The position numbers and the translations under genes were made by a program. Shown one piece after another: positions 1 through 11,310 of a DNA stretch of 64,000 bases. Under the pieces are notes generated by a model. It did not search any database and was not told the DNA's origin. It was given only the letters and a program-made list of their open reading frames with translations. This stretch comes from Flavobacterium sp. (GTDB lineage Bacteria; Bacteroidota; Bacteroidia; Flavobacteriales; Flavobacteriaceae): the NCBI GenBank assembly GCA_024644655.1, contig JAHEHJ010000009.1:6098-70097 (forward strand), written 5' to 3'. Position 1 is the first letter of the stretch; every line of letters starts with the position of its first letter.

Positions 1-1639
1 TTCGTGATTTTATTTCCTGTATATTACTTACCACTTTGTCATAATGCCCTTGTTTAGGAGCAATTACTACTACTGGCATATGTTCATCTATCAAAGCAAT
101 AGGTCCGTGCTTCATTTCTGCTGCCGGGTAACCTTCTGCATGAATATAAGATATCTCTTTTAACTTAAGTGCTCCTTCTAAAGCTACTGGGAAATTATAC
201 CCTCTACCTAAATACAAACAATTAGGTGCATCTTTAAAAGTAGCTGCAATTTCTTTGGCGCGTTCATTACAATCTAAAGCTTCCAATACCTTTTCAGGAA
301 TCACTTCTAATTCTTGCAAGTAGCGGTGGAAATCCGAATTGGACAAAGTTCCTTTTGCTTTTGCCAAACGCAAAGCCAACATGGTCAATACTGTTATTTG
401 AGTGGTAAACGCTTTGGTTGAAGCCACACCAATCTCAGGCCCAGCATGCGTATATGCTCCTGCATGGGTTTCTCTAGAAATAGATGAACCTACTACATTA
501 CACACTCCAAAAACAAATGCTCCTTTTTCTTTAGCCAATTTAATAGCGGCAAGCGTGTCGGCAGTTTCTCCAGATTGAGAAATGGCAATCACCACATCAG
601 AAGCGTTGATTATAGGATTACGATATCTAAATTCAGAGGCATATTCTACTTCAACTGGGATTCGTGTAAATTCTTCAATTATATATTCTGCTACCAAACC
701 GGCATGCCATGAAGTACCACAAGCTACAATTAGTATGCGTTGTGCGTGAAGAAATTTTTCTAAATTATCTTCAACTCCAGCCATTTGAATAATTCCTTCA
801 TTGGCCAACAACCTTCCTCTATAAGTATCCTTAATCACATTAGGTTGTTCATATATTTCTTTCAACATAAAGTGATCGTATCCTCCTTTTTCAATTTGCT
901 CCAAATTCATTTGAAGTTCTTGAATATAAGGATCCACTAAAGTGTCGTCTTTTATTTTACGGATTTTAAGTGGTTTGTGCAAACGCACTATAGCCATTTC
1001 TTCATCTTCTAAATAAATGGCATTTGAGGTATATTCTATAAAAGGTGATGCATCAGACGCGATGAAGAATTCATCTTTACCTACACCAATTGCAAGCGGA
1101 CTACCCAATCGGGCAACGACAATTTCATTTGGGTTTTCACGATCAAAAACACAAATAGCGTAAGCTCCTACTACTTGGTTTAAAGCAATTTGCACTGCTT
1201 TCCCTAGTCGAAGGTTTTCCCTTTTCTTTACATCTTCAATTAAATTAATCAATACTTCTGTGTCGGTATCTGAAGTAAAAGTGTACCCTCGTTTGATTAA
1301 TTCTTTTTTCAAAGGCTCATAATTTTCTATGATACCATTGTGTATAATAACTAGATTTCCTGAGTTAGAAACATGGGGATGAGAATTCACATCGTTTGGC
1401 ACTCCGTGTGTTGCCCAACGGGTATGTCCCATTCCTATAGTTCCTTTTGATGAGGCTATGGCTGTAGATTTTGCTTCTAAATCGGAAACTTTACCTTTTG
1501 TTTTAACTATTTTAAGTTCGTCGTTCTCACATAACATGATTCCCGCACTATCATATCCTCTATATTCTAATCGCTTTAATCCTTTTATAATAATAGGATA
1601 AGCTTCTCTATAACCAATATAGCCTACAATTCCACACAT
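1..1639 (-). CDS. glmS: glutamine--fructose-6-phosphate transaminase (3' end runs off the window; absent from the ORF track)
   Basis: Reverse strand from 1639 reads MCGIVGYIG, then LKRLEYRGYDSAG, GHTRWATHG, HFMLKEIYEQP, ISQSGETADT and GVASTKAFT. Confidence 0.97.
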   Translation of the reverse strand, partial: MCGIVGYIGYREAYPIIIKGLKRLEYRGYDSAGIMLCENDELKIVKTKGKVSDLEAKSTAIASSKGTIGMGHTRWATHGVPNDVNSHPHVSNSGNLVIIHNGIIENYEPLKKELIKRGYTFTSDTDTEVLINLIEDVKKRENLRLGKAVQIALNQVVGAYAICVFDRENPNEIVVARLGSPLAIGVGKDEFFIASDASPFIEYTSNAIYLEDEEMAIVRLHKPLKIRKIKDDTLVDPYIQELQMNLEQIEKGGYDHFMLKEIYEQPNVIKDTYRGRLLANEGIIQMAGVEDNLEKFLHAQRILIVACGTSWHAGLVAEYIIEEFTRIPVEVEYASEFRYRNPIINASDVVIAISQSGETADTLAAIKLAKEKGAFVFGVCNVVGSSISRETHAGAYTHAGPEIGVASTKAFTTQITVLTMLALRLAKAKGTLSNSDFHRYLQELEVIPEKVLEALDCNERAKEIAATFKDAPNCLYLGRGYNFPVALEGALKLKEISYIHAEGYPAAEMKHGPIALIDEHMPVVVIAPKQGHYDKVVSNIQEIKSR

Positions 1640-1650
1640 AGTATAACGTA

Positions 1651-3399
1651 TTAATTAGATTGCTTTGATTTTGTATAATAAATTTCGAGTTTCAAACGTT
1701 TAGATTCTATTACAGCAGGACTAGAACCATACAGTATAGTACCTAATGGACTCATCACCGACATAGTTGGCACTTGAATCACAGCATCTGAACCTGGAGA
1801 TTTACGTTTTAAAAAGCCTATATTACTGATATTTTCTGAAACTACAAGACCCAATTTCACATTTGTTGAATCATTCAATAACAAATTACGAACGTGATTG
1901 GTGATACGAATTTTGTAATAAGTCCCTTTTTCGTCTTTTCTTTGATTCACAAGTGTTCCATCTTCTTTAGCAAATATCCCTCCATAAATATACTTATTGT
2001 ATTTAGGGTAAGCACCATTTGTGGTGAAGTCGGTTGTATAATCTATCAATGGTTTTTTATGGGTCAAATCATATAAGTAAACGCGATTTGGTTCTCTCGT
2101 TTTTGTATTTTGCATCAAACCTGGCGCCTCATGGTCAATGTAAAACGTTAAATTGGCTTCATTAATCAACCAACTGTTTACCTTGATTTCATCCAATTCG
2201 TCTGAAACTCCATTAGACCCATCGGCTAATTCTAATTTACCCAAACTATTCGTAATTGTTTTTTTAACGTCGGTAGAACCAAACAAGTCTATTACAGCCA
2301 TTGAGCCTGATCCTCCTTTAAGGTATAACTTTTCAGCCTCTAGAGTAGGATTGGCCATTGCCGTTAAATAATTACTATTATCAAATGAGTTATTCAATAG
2401 ACTCACTGTATTTCCTGTTAAATTCAACACATATGTTTTATTTACTCTTGGATAGGTATAGGTAAGAGGATTAGAACCTACAACTGCAGTCTTTTTATCT
2501 TCTTTATAAAAGAGTGTAATTTTACCTGCTTTGAAATTTAGCATTGCCATATTTCCTTCTGCAGCTGCTGTCTCAGTCTTGAAATAAAGCCCTCTAAAGT
2601 AGTCTTTGAACACTGAATTACTAGACAACTTACCTGATGGTGCATTCAATATTAAATTATAAAAATAGGCTCTATTTAAATGCAAACGCATAGAAGGAAC
2701 CGAACGAGTCACCACTGGAGTAACACCATCATCTCCCATTTTAGTAGTCTTGTGTTCTCTTTTATCAAAAAAGAATTGTTCGTTTTCAGCACTTGTACCT
2801 GCCGACAACAATGTATCATTTAAAATCTGAGGGTTTTTATTAGCATCTATTTCTGCATCTTTATCGGTGTAAAACAACTGTTGTTCAGCCAAAGCTTGAT
2901 CTGGATCTAAATCTCTTAAATAATATTTAGACTCGTATATGTGTAATTTGAATTTGGTTTCATTTACCCCATAAATTGAATCTAAGGTATAAGGCGTAAC
3001 GCCATCTGTACCCACTGTTCCAGCTCTATTAAAATAAGGAATATCTAATACAACACTGTCTAGTTTAGGCAGTTTTTCATACAATTCGGTATCTGTATTA
3101 TTAAAAACAGGATTGACTGTAGCCAATTCTACTTGAGTTACGAAATTAGCTTGTGTGGTTCCAAAAGCCGGGTTGTAATAGGAGCCCAACGGATTCACTG
3201 GTAAATTATTGGACGCTACAGTTCCTATAGGCTGGTTATACGCTTTGACTGATTTGCTAACATCGCGTGTTAAATCAAAATGGTCATTGGCATTCCCAAC
3301 TATGTCGGTTCCCAATTCATCAAAATCTTTATCACAAGAGGTCAAAAGAATAGCAATTAATCCCAGTAAAATAGGTTGTAAAAACGATTTAATATTCAT
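1651..3399 (-). CDS. DUF4270-family lipoprotein
   Basis: Lipobox LLTSC, YLKGGSG motif, C-terminal LKLEIYYT; usual Bacteroidota position between the glgA-like gene and glmS. Confidence 0.8.
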   Translation of the reverse strand: MNIKSFLQPILLGLIAILLTSCDKDFDELGTDIVGNANDHFDLTRDVSKSVKAYNQPIGTVASNNLPVNPLGSYYNPAFGTTQANFVTQVELATVNPVFNNTDTELYEKLPKLDSVVLDIPYFNRAGTVGTDGVTPYTLDSIYGVNETKFKLHIYESKYYLRDLDPDQALAEQQLFYTDKDAEIDANKNPQILNDTLLSAGTSAENEQFFFDKREHKTTKMGDDGVTPVVTRSVPSMRLHLNRAYFYNLILNAPSGKLSSNSVFKDYFRGLYFKTETAAAEGNMAMLNFKAGKITLFYKEDKKTAVVGSNPLTYTYPRVNKTYVLNLTGNTVSLLNNSFDNSNYLTAMANPTLEAEKLYLKGGSGSMAVIDLFGSTDVKKTITNSLGKLELADGSNGVSDELDEIKVNSWLINEANLTFYIDHEAPGLMQNTKTREPNRVYLYDLTHKKPLIDYTTDFTTNGAYPKYNKYIYGGIFAKEDGTLVNQRKDEKGTYYKIRITNHVRNLLLNDSTNVKLGLVVSENISNIGFLKRKSPGSDAVIQVPTMSVMSPLGTILYGSSPAVIESKRLKLEIYYTKSKQSN

Positions 3400-3415
3400 A
3401 TAAATTCAGTTTGTT

Positions 3416-4222
3416 TTAGGAAAGCATACTTTTATAAAAGGTAGTGTATGCTTCAGCAAATTTATCTTTCGAGGCGAAAGGTAAAAAAGGTTTTCCTGAA
3501 GATTCTATAAATTTTGTTAAACTTGGAGTCAAGGATTCGGAAGCAATTATAACCCCATCAGAATGCGCTACAGAAGCTGCAATTAGATTTTCATAATTAG
3601 GTGTTTCTAAAAGTTGGATGGCTTCATGAGGAATTCCATCAAACTTTATTTTATTAATCATTTCCATATCTAAGTTGCCTTCAAAAGATTGGCCATAAAT
3701 AGATGTTATAATTTTAGTGTCCGAGAACAACGCTTCATCTTTATAGTAATGTTTCATGTAAATAGGCAATAAACTAGCCAACCAACCATGTACATGGATG
3801 ATGTCGGGAACCCAATTTAATTTTTTTACGGTTTCAACAACTCCTTTCGCAAAGAAAATAGCGCGTTCATCATTATCTTGATACAACACTCCTTCTTCAT
3901 CACTAAATGTTGCTTTTCTTTTAAAGTATTCGTCGTTATCAATAAAATAAACCTGTATGCGCTCTTTTGGAATTGATGCTACTTTAATAATTAAAGGCAT
4001 ATCCAAGTCATTCACCACTAAATTCATCCCCGACAATCGGATAACTTCATGCAATTGATGTCTTCTTTCATTGATATTACCATATCTAGGCATAAAAATC
4101 CTAATTTGTCCTCCCTGATCATTAACCATTTTTGGAACGTCATACGACATCAAAGAAACCTCATTTTCAGCCAAATACGGCACCACTTCAGATGATACAT
4201 ACAATATCCTCTTATCTTCCAT
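3416..4222 (-). CDS. glycogen/starch synthase-like protein (GT5 N-terminal domain only)
   Basis: RILYVSSEVVPY, IRIFMPRYG, DNDERAIFF and PDIIHVHGW motifs; only 268 aa. Confidence 0.85.
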   Translation of the reverse strand: MEDKRILYVSSEVVPYLAENEVSLMSYDVPKMVNDQGGQIRIFMPRYGNINERRHQLHEVIRLSGMNLVVNDLDMPLIIKVASIPKERIQVYFIDNDEYFKRKATFSDEEGVLYQDNDERAIFFAKGVVETVKKLNWVPDIIHVHGWLASLLPIYMKHYYKDEALFSDTKIITSIYGQSFEGNLDMEMINKIKFDGIPHEAIQLLETPNYENLIAASVAHSDGVIIASESLTPSLTKFIESSGKPFLPFASKDKFAEAYTTFYKSMLS

Positions 4223-4260
4223 AATCTAATTTACTTTACTAATTGGCAATAAAAAACAGG

Positions 4261-4307
4261 CAAAAGTACAAAAATTTATGCAGTTATTCATGAAAATAGT
4301 AAGTTTG
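4261..4307. promoter_or_regulatory. divergent Bacteroidota -7 promoter elements for the glgA-like gene and panC
   Basis: TACTTTTG on - strand (4261-4268) and TAAGTTTG on + strand (4300-4307), both matching TAnnTTTG. Confidence 0.65.
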
Positions 4308-4328
4308 CACCTCAATCAACGATAGGCA

Positions 4329-5177
4329 ATGCTCATTTTTAAGTCTCAAAATGAATTAGTTTCGCACCTCCAATCCCTTTCACTTTCAGAAAGCAGTGTT
4401 GGTTTTGTCCCTACTATGGGTGCCTTACACCGAGGGCACTTATCTTTATTAGAAACGGCATTTAAAGAAAACACGATAGTGGTGATTAGTATTTTTGTGA
4501 ATCCTACCCAATTCAACAATGCGGAAGATTTAGCAAAATATCCTAGAACCTTGGACGAAGACATTGCCAAAATCGAAACGGTTTCTAAAAACACTATTGT
4601 TTTTGCGCCAACTGTTGAGGATATCTACGGAAGCAACACTATTTCACAACATTTTGATTTTGATGGTTTAGAAAACCAAATGGAAGGGCAATTTAGACCC
4701 GGGCATTTTGATGGTGTTGGCACCATCGTAAAACGGTTGTTTGAAATTGTCAATCCAACTCGTGCTTATTTTGGCGAGAAAGACTTTCAGCAATTGCAAA
4801 TTATTCGGAAAATGGTTTCCAAATTACATTTGCCTGTAATCATTGTGGAATGTCCTATTTATAGAGAAAGTAATGGATTGGCTATGAGTTCTCGCAATGA
4901 ACGATTGTCAACTAAAGAAAGAGAGGATTCATCGGTAATTTATAGCACACTAACTGCTGTAAAAAATCAATTTGAGCACAAATCAGCAGAAGAATTAATT
5001 CTTTGGGTCGGCCAATTATTTGATCAATACCCTCAATTTGAGTTAGAATACTTTCAAATCGCTGAAGAAGAGACCTTATTACCTTGTAGTTCAAGAAATA
5101 ATAACAAAAAATATCGTGCTTTTATAGCCGTATTTATCAACAATGTCCGTTTGATAGATACCATTTCACTAAATTAA
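4329..5177 (+). CDS. panC: pantoate--beta-alanine ligase
   Basis: [46 protein letters not shown]. Confidence 0.97.
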   Translation: MLIFKSQNELVSHLQSLSLSESSVGFVPTMGALHRGHLSLLETAFKENTIVVISIFVNPTQFNNAEDLAKYPRTLDEDIAKIETVSKNTIVFAPTVEDIYGSNTISQHFDFDGLENQMEGQFRPGHFDGVGTIVKRLFEIVNPTRAYFGEKDFQQLQIIRKMVSKLHLPVIIVECPIYRESNGLAMSSRNERLSTKEREDSSVIYSTLTAVKNQFEHKSAEELILWVGQLFDQYPQFELEYFQIAEEETLLPCSSRNNNKKYRAFIAVFINNVRLIDTISLN

Positions 5178-5191
5178 TTTACTTTTGCCCC

Positions 5192-5542
5192 ATGCAAATT
5201 GAAGTAATAAAATCTAAAATACACCGTGTCCGAGTTACGGGAGCCGATTTAAATTATATCGGCAGCATTACAATTGACGAATCCTTAATGGAGGCTTCTA
5301 ACATAATTGAAGGCGAAAAAGTATTTATTGTCAACGTTAATAATGGCGAACGATTTGAAACCTATGCCATAAAAGGTATCAAAAACTCTGGTGAAATTAC
5401 CTTAAATGGACCAGCTGCAAGAAAAGTTCAAAAAGATGACATTATCATTATAATGTCTTATGCGGTTATGGATTTTGAAAAAGCCAAAACCTTTAAACCT
5501 TGGTTGGTTTTCCCTAACGAAAAGGACAACTCTTTAACCTAA
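5192..5542 (+). CDS. panD: aspartate 1-decarboxylase
   Basis: [14 protein letters not shown] self-cleavage site, [15 protein letters not shown]. Confidence 0.97.
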   Translation: MQIEVIKSKIHRVRVTGADLNYIGSITIDESLMEASNIIEGEKVFIVNVNNGERFETYAIKGIKNSGEITLNGPAARKVQKDDIIIIMSYAVMDFEKAKTFKPWLVFPNEKDNSLT

Positions 5543-5546
5543 TCTC

Positions 5547-6509
5547 TTGAAAAGTAAAATTGGTAAATGGCTCTCCATTCTACTTCCTATCCTTCTAGGA
5601 GTGTATTTAATGTATTATAAATACAATGAATTTACACCTGCTCAAATAGAAGAAATGAAAGGCTATTTTAAAAATGCCAATTATTTTTACGTTTACCTTT
5701 CCCTTTTTATAGCGCTATTTGGATTTGCTTCGCGCGCCTATCGTTGGAAATTTTCTATTGAACACATGGGATATCATTCTCATTTTAAGAACAATTTGAT
5801 GGCCGTATTTGTTGCGTATTTCATGAACCTTACCATTCCACGTTCCGGCGAAATATCTAGGGCGCTTATACTAAAGAAATATGAAGACATTCCTTTTGAC
5901 AAAGCTTTTGGAACTATAGTCGCCGAACGTGTGGTTGATCTTATCTTGTTTTTCCTTTTTGTTGTGGTTTCTTTTTTATTCCAATTTCACACACTAAAAG
6001 ATTATATTATTTCCAAAATCCCAATAGAAAAATTATTGCTTTTAGGAGGAATTGGTGCTTTGGGATTTCTTTCTTTTATTCTAGTATGGATGTACTCCAA
6101 TTGGAAAATAGTCACCCTTTTAAAAGAAAAAATGGCAGGACTATTGGAAGGCATGTTGAGCATCGTACATATGAAAAATAAATGGTGGTTTTTAGCCCAT
6201 TCATTATTCATTTGGTTTACCTATATTTTGATGTTTTATGTCACTGTATTTGCCCTAAAAGAAACTAGCACAATTAGTTTTGGCGCTATTTTCATTGGAT
6301 TTATTTTTGGGAGTTTAGCCATTGGATTTACCAACAGTGGGTTTGGTGCTTTTCCGCTATTAATTGCTGAAATCTTTATGCTTTATGGAATTCCCGATAC
6401 CGTAGGCACTGCTTTTGGATGGTTGGCTTGGATTTCCCAAACCGTATTAATGATTGTTCTAGGAGGCTTATCTCTTTTTTTATTACCACTCTTAAATAGA
6501 AGTAAATAA
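5547..6509 (+). CDS. lysylphosphatidylglycerol synthase TM-domain (YbhN/flippase-like) membrane protein
   Basis: Multi-TM protein with RAYRW, PRSGE and GTIVAERVVD motifs. Confidence 0.8.
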   Translation: MKSKIGKWLSILLPILLGVYLMYYKYNEFTPAQIEEMKGYFKNANYFYVYLSLFIALFGFASRAYRWKFSIEHMGYHSHFKNNLMAVFVAYFMNLTIPRSGEISRALILKKYEDIPFDKAFGTIVAERVVDLILFFLFVVVSFLFQFHTLKDYIISKIPIEKLLLLGGIGALGFLSFILVWMYSNWKIVTLLKEKMAGLLEGMLSIVHMKNKWWFLAHSLFIWFTYILMFYVTVFALKETSTISFGAIFIGFIFGSLAIGFTNSGFGAFPLLIAEIFMLYGIPDTVGTAFGWLAWISQTVLMIVLGGLSLFLLPLLNRSK

Positions 6510-6629
6510 TTCCCTTTGCTTTTCATTTCGAAACCTACTTTTAAAGTTTTCCTTGCTTTCAAATTTCTAAATAAATTTACTATATTGCTTCTCTATTTAA
6601 TAGTAAACTGTTAAACCCAAACCAATACC

Positions 6630-7925
6630 ATGAAAAGATTACTTTTAGTACTAATTCTATGTTGTGCTAACACTTTGTTTTCTCAAAAAAGAGTTACCGA
6701 TACCATTACCTCTGCAAAATTAAATGAAGCTCGAGAAATCACCATAAGTCTACCTCCTTCTTATAGTAAAAACACCGCTCAAAAATATCCTTTACTCGTT
6801 TTACTTGATGGAGACTTCCTATTAGATCCTTTTCAGGGAGCTCTGAATTATGGGTATTATTGGGATGACTTGCCTGAAGTAATTATAGTTGCCATTACCC
6901 AAAATAAAAACAATGAACGAGAAGCCGATTGTGCTACTGATGCCACAAATGGTTTGCCTGATGAAAAAGGGGAACAGTTTTTCGAGTTTATTGGCATGGA
7001 GCTTATCCCTTATATTCAAAAAAACTACCGTATTGCTCCGTTTAAGATGATTGCGGGTCTTGATACTACTGCGGGGTTTCTTAATTGTTATTTATACAAA
7101 GACAACCCTGTTTTTGACGCATACATTTCTTTAAGCCCTGAGTTGCCTGCTGGAATGGAAGAACAAATACCTGATCGTCTATCTGCGATTCAAAAACCCA
7201 TTTTTTATTATCAGGCTACAGCTGATGGAGATGTAAAAAGCATGAAGACCCGAATTCAAGCTATGGATGAGGGTATAAAGACCGTTACCAATCCCATGTT
7301 AAACTATTTGTATGAAGATTTTAAAGGAGCTTCCCATTACTCTTTAGTATTACATGCTATTCCAAGTGCGTTATACCAAATTTTTTCAGTGTATCAACCC
7401 ATATCAACTACCGAGTTTCAAGAAAAAATTGCCCCGCTTACGTCAGGATATGTAGACTATTTAATTAAAAAATATGATATGCTAGAAAAGGCATTGGGTT
7501 TAAAAGTACAAATTAGACTCAATGATTTTAAAGCTATAGAAGCTGCTATACTTAAAAACAAAGCTTACAATGAGTTTGACTTATTAGCTCAATTGGCGCG
7601 TAAAAACTACCCGAAAACCATGTTGGCTGATTATGAAATGGGCCAATTATACGAAAAAACAGGTGATATCAAAAGAGCAGTGAAATCCTATCAAACGGCT
7701 TTCCAACAACAAGAGGTAGGTGACCTTACGAAGGACATGATGCTAGAGCGCGCCGACGAACTAAAAAAATCGTTACCTAAACCGGGTAAAAAAGGACAAA
7801 ATGAGCCCGTTGTCGAGGAAACTCCACAGACCGAAGTTGCACCAACAGACCCGCCAACAGAGGCTGCTCCTGTTGAGAATGCTACGCCAGCTGAAACTCC
7901 TACTCCTACTGAAGAAAAAAAATAA
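6630..7925 (+). CDS. secreted alpha/beta-hydrolase-fold (esterase-like) protein with TPR-like region and P/E/T-rich tail
   Basis: Signal peptide, LPPSY...YPLLVLLDG esterase-family start, helical C-terminal half. Confidence 0.7.
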   Translation: MKRLLLVLILCCANTLFSQKRVTDTITSAKLNEAREITISLPPSYSKNTAQKYPLLVLLDGDFLLDPFQGALNYGYYWDDLPEVIIVAITQNKNNEREADCATDATNGLPDEKGEQFFEFIGMELIPYIQKNYRIAPFKMIAGLDTTAGFLNCYLYKDNPVFDAYISLSPELPAGMEEQIPDRLSAIQKPIFYYQATADGDVKSMKTRIQAMDEGIKTVTNPMLNYLYEDFKGASHYSLVLHAIPSALYQIFSVYQPISTTEFQEKIAPLTSGYVDYLIKKYDMLEKALGLKVQIRLNDFKAIEAAILKNKAYNEFDLLAQLARKNYPKTMLADYEMGQLYEKTGDIKRAVKSYQTAFQQQEVGDLTKDMMLERADELKKSLPKPGKKGQNEPVVEETPQTEVAPTDPPTEAAPVENATPAETPTPTEEKK

Positions 7926-7951
7926 AATCTATTTCCAACTCCTTCTCTTAG

Positions 7952-9313
7952 ATGTCTAAAATTAAAACTGCTTTTTTTTGTCAAAACTGTGGCACTCAAT
8001 ATTCCAAATGGCAAGGACAATGCAATGGGTGTAAAGAATGGAATACCATTGCCGAAGAGATTATTCAAAAGGAAGAAAAAGCCAGTTGGAAACCTTCTAC
8101 TTCTGAAAATACAAGAACATCAAAGCCCCTTAAAATTAAAGAAATTGATGCTACTCAGGAAGTGCGAATGGACACAACTGATGGAGAATTGAATCGAGTG
8201 CTGGGTGGTGGAATTGTTCCGGGTTCATTAACCTTATTAGGAGGAGAACCTGGAATAGGGAAAAGCACCTTAATGCTACAAATTTCTTTAAAATTACCCT
8301 ATAAAACGTTATATGTATCTGGTGAAGAAAGCCAGAAACAAATCAAAATGCGTGCGGAACGCATTAATCCCAATAGTGACAATTGCTATATATTGACCGA
8401 AACCAAAACACAAAATATATTTCGTCATATTGTAGAAACAGAACCCGATATTGTTATTATAGATTCTATACAAACCTTACACACTGATTTTATTGAGTCT
8501 ACTGCTGGAAGCATATCCCAAATACGAGAAACAACCGCAGAGTTAATCAAGTTTGCCAAAGAAACGAATATCCCTGTATTCTTAATTGGGCATATTACCA
8601 AAGATGGTACAATTGCAGGGCCAAAAATATTGGAACATATGGTAGATACTGTATTGCAATTTGAAGGAGATAGAAATCATGTATATCGCATTTTGCGTTC
8701 GCTTAAAAACCGTTTTGGTTCTACGGCTGAGTTGGGCATTTATGAAATGCAAGGGTCAGGATTACGAGAAGTATCAAACCCTTCAGAAATCTTAATTTCA
8801 CATCGAGAAGAAGAATTATCGGGCACTGCTATAGCATCTACATTAGAAGGAATGCGTCCTTTAATGATAGAAATACAAGCATTGGTTTCTACGGCAGTAT
8901 ATGGGACACCGCAGCGAAGCACTACTGGTTATAATGCTAAGCGACTGAATATGATCTTAGCCGTTTTAGAAAAGCGTGCGGGCTTTCGATTGGGGACCAA
9001 AGATGTATTCTTAAATGTCACTGGGGGCATTTCTGTTGATGACCCTGCTATAGATTTGGCTGTAGTAGCCGCTATATTATCGTCTAACGAAGATATTGCA
9101 GTAGGCAAAGATGTTTGTTTTGCAGGCGAAGTAGGTTTATCGGGAGAGATTCGCCCTGTAAATCGTATTGAGCAACGTATTCAAGAAGCTGAAAAATTAG
9201 GTTTTGCTACGATATTTGTCTCTAAATACAATAAGATTGCGTTAAAGAATACAGGGATTAAAATGATATTAGTCTCTAAGATTGAAGAAGTGGTGGAACA
9301 GTTGTTTGCCTAG
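7952..9313 (+). CDS. radA: DNA repair protein RadA/Sms
   Basis: C4 zinc finger, GGEPGIGKST Walker A, KNRFG motif, Lon-like C-terminus. Confidence 0.97.
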   Translation: MSKIKTAFFCQNCGTQYSKWQGQCNGCKEWNTIAEEIIQKEEKASWKPSTSENTRTSKPLKIKEIDATQEVRMDTTDGELNRVLGGGIVPGSLTLLGGEPGIGKSTLMLQISLKLPYKTLYVSGEESQKQIKMRAERINPNSDNCYILTETKTQNIFRHIVETEPDIVIIDSIQTLHTDFIESTAGSISQIRETTAELIKFAKETNIPVFLIGHITKDGTIAGPKILEHMVDTVLQFEGDRNHVYRILRSLKNRFGSTAELGIYEMQGSGLREVSNPSEILISHREEELSGTAIASTLEGMRPLMIEIQALVSTAVYGTPQRSTTGYNAKRLNMILAVLEKRAGFRLGTKDVFLNVTGGISVDDPAIDLAVVAAILSSNEDIAVGKDVCFAGEVGLSGEIRPVNRIEQRIQEAEKLGFATIFVSKYNKIALKNTGIKMILVSKIEEVVEQLFA

Positions 9314-9326
9314 CTCATACACTCTT

Positions 9327-11282
9327 ATGAAACTCCAAAAGAAAAAAGCTCTTTTCATTTTGAAAACCTCCACAGGTATCATTGTGGGGATTGTACTGTT
9401 GCTTTTTGCTTTTCGAAACACGGTACTCCAACAAGTTATTCAACGAGTTGACACCAAACTCAATACGGATTACCAATGTCATTTTACAGTGGGAACTGCT
9501 TCTTTCAAAGGCATCACTCATATAGAATTTGAGAACATCTCATTAGTCCCTCAAAAAGCGGATACGTTAGTACATATTAAATCCTTAAAAACAAGCGTAA
9601 GCTTTTGGAAGCTTTTGGTTGGCGAAGTTCAATTGGGGCAACTTGATATCAACCAAGGGTATATTCAATTGGTCAAAACCAAAAACGGAAGTAATTTTGA
9701 TGCCTTTCTTCGTTCTAAAAAAGACAAAAGTGATAATGCCGAAGTCAATTACGCTAAGTTTCTCAACCGTATATCTTCAAAGATTCTCAATCTTGTACCT
9801 ACAGATATGCATGTAAATGGGTTTGCATTTAAAATTAATGATTTAGGAAAAGAGGTTGTGTTTGACTTCAACCAATTGGCATTAACCCATAAAAAGCTGA
9901 ATACGGTTATCCAAGTGAGTTCCGAAGGGTTTTCACAACAATGGACGTTGAATGGTTTTGCAGACCCTAGAGAACGAAAAGCGAATATCAAATTTTACAA
10001 CGCCCAAAATGACACCATTCAAATTCCGTATTTAGATACAAAATACCACTTTAAAACAGGGTTTAAAGCCATTTGTTTTAACTTGGATAATCTAGAAATG
10101 GATAGTGGAGAATTGCATATTGACGGTTATGCCTCTATAGAAAATGCTTTTGTAAACCATCCCAAAATAGCTCAAAAAGATGTACTAATTCATCAGGCGC
10201 GATTTGATTATCATTTTGTAGTGGGGGCTAGAAGTATTGCACTAGACAGCACATCCAACTTACAACTCAATCGCATTCAATGTTTACCTTTTATTTCCTA
10301 TTCTAACGAAGAAGATAAGGTCTACACTTTGCAATTGAAACTGCCTAAAATGAAAGCACAAGACTTTATTGAGTCATTGCCGACAAGCTTGTTTAGTCAT
10401 TTTGCGGGTATGAAGGCACAAGGGAATTTTAGTTATGAATTGCAATTTGAATATAACAATCACAAGCCAAATGCCGTAGTTTTTGAAAGTAAACTACACC
10501 CTGATGGCCTTAAAATCATAAAGTATGGGGCAGCTGATTTAAATAAAATCAATAGTGACTTTACCTATAGGGCTATAGAACATGGAGTGCCTCAGCGTCA
10601 AATACTAGTTGGGATAGGGAATCCTATGTATACACCACTTACATCTATATCCCCCTATTTACAAAAATGTGTGTTAACGAGTGAAGATCCTTCCTTCTTT
10701 AATCATCGGGGATTTATTAATGAGGCTTTCAAGCAATCTATTGCCAAAAACATACGAACCAAAAAGTTTTCAAGAGGCGCGAGTACAATTAGCATGCAGC
10801 TCGTAAAGAATGTTTTTCTAACCCGTCAGAAAACCGTTTCTCGAAAACTGGAAGAGATCCTGTTGGTATACCTATTAGAAAACAATCACATCAGCACCAA
10901 AGAACGGATGTTGGAAGTTTACTTTAACATCATTGAATGGGGGCCAAATGTGTATGGTATTGGTGAAGCATCTCAATTTTATTTCCAAAAAAGTCCAGCT
11001 GACTTAAGTTTAAATGAGTGTTTGTTTTTAGCCACTATCATCCCTAGGCCTAAAGGATTTATGTACCGTTTTGATTCTGAGCATTTATTAAAATCATATG
11101 CCCAACAACAAAACACGTTTTTAACTAAATTGATGTTGCGCCGCAATGTATTACTTCCAACTGATACCATTGGCCAACATAACCCATTGGTGATATTGGG
11201 GGCAGCCCAATATTTATTGCATCAAAAAATAAAAGATACACTAGTTACAGATAGCTTAAGTACCGAAGAATTTGATTTCTAA
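9327..11282 (+). CDS. monofunctional peptidoglycan transglycosylase (GT51) with long N-terminal beta-rich region
   Basis: SEDPSFFNHRG, GASTISMQLVKN, RKLEE and YFNIIEWG motifs; no transpeptidase domain. Start moved to ATG 9327 to avoid the radA overlap. Confidence 0.85.
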   Translation: MKLQKKKALFILKTSTGIIVGIVLLLFAFRNTVLQQVIQRVDTKLNTDYQCHFTVGTASFKGITHIEFENISLVPQKADTLVHIKSLKTSVSFWKLLVGEVQLGQLDINQGYIQLVKTKNGSNFDAFLRSKKDKSDNAEVNYAKFLNRISSKILNLVPTDMHVNGFAFKINDLGKEVVFDFNQLALTHKKLNTVIQVSSEGFSQQWTLNGFADPRERKANIKFYNAQNDTIQIPYLDTKYHFKTGFKAICFNLDNLEMDSGELHIDGYASIENAFVNHPKIAQKDVLIHQARFDYHFVVGARSIALDSTSNLQLNRIQCLPFISYSNEEDKVYTLQLKLPKMKAQDFIESLPTSLFSHFAGMKAQGNFSYELQFEYNNHKPNAVVFESKLHPDGLKIIKYGAADLNKINSDFTYRAIEHGVPQRQILVGIGNPMYTPLTSISPYLQKCVLTSEDPSFFNHRGFINEAFKQSIAKNIRTKKFSRGASTISMQLVKNVFLTRQKTVSRKLEEILLVYLLENNHISTKERMLEVYFNIIEWGPNVYGIGEASQFYFQKSPADLSLNECLFLATIIPRPKGFMYRFDSEHLLKSYAQQQNTFLTKLMLRRNVLLPTDTIGQHNPLVILGAAQYLLHQKIKDTLVTDSLSTEEFDF

Positions 11283-11310
11283 AAAAGTTAACCCAATTAC
11301 CTAAAATAAA

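Noticed and set aside
1640-1650. glmS ribozyme
   Set aside because: Only 11 bp separate glmS from the upstream gene; no room or motif
9282-9326. Extended ORF-track starts (also 14328, 22297, 24377, 26638, 48477, 53656, 59645)
   Set aside because: They overlap neighbouring genes or promoter elements; downstream ATGs fit the family N-termini better
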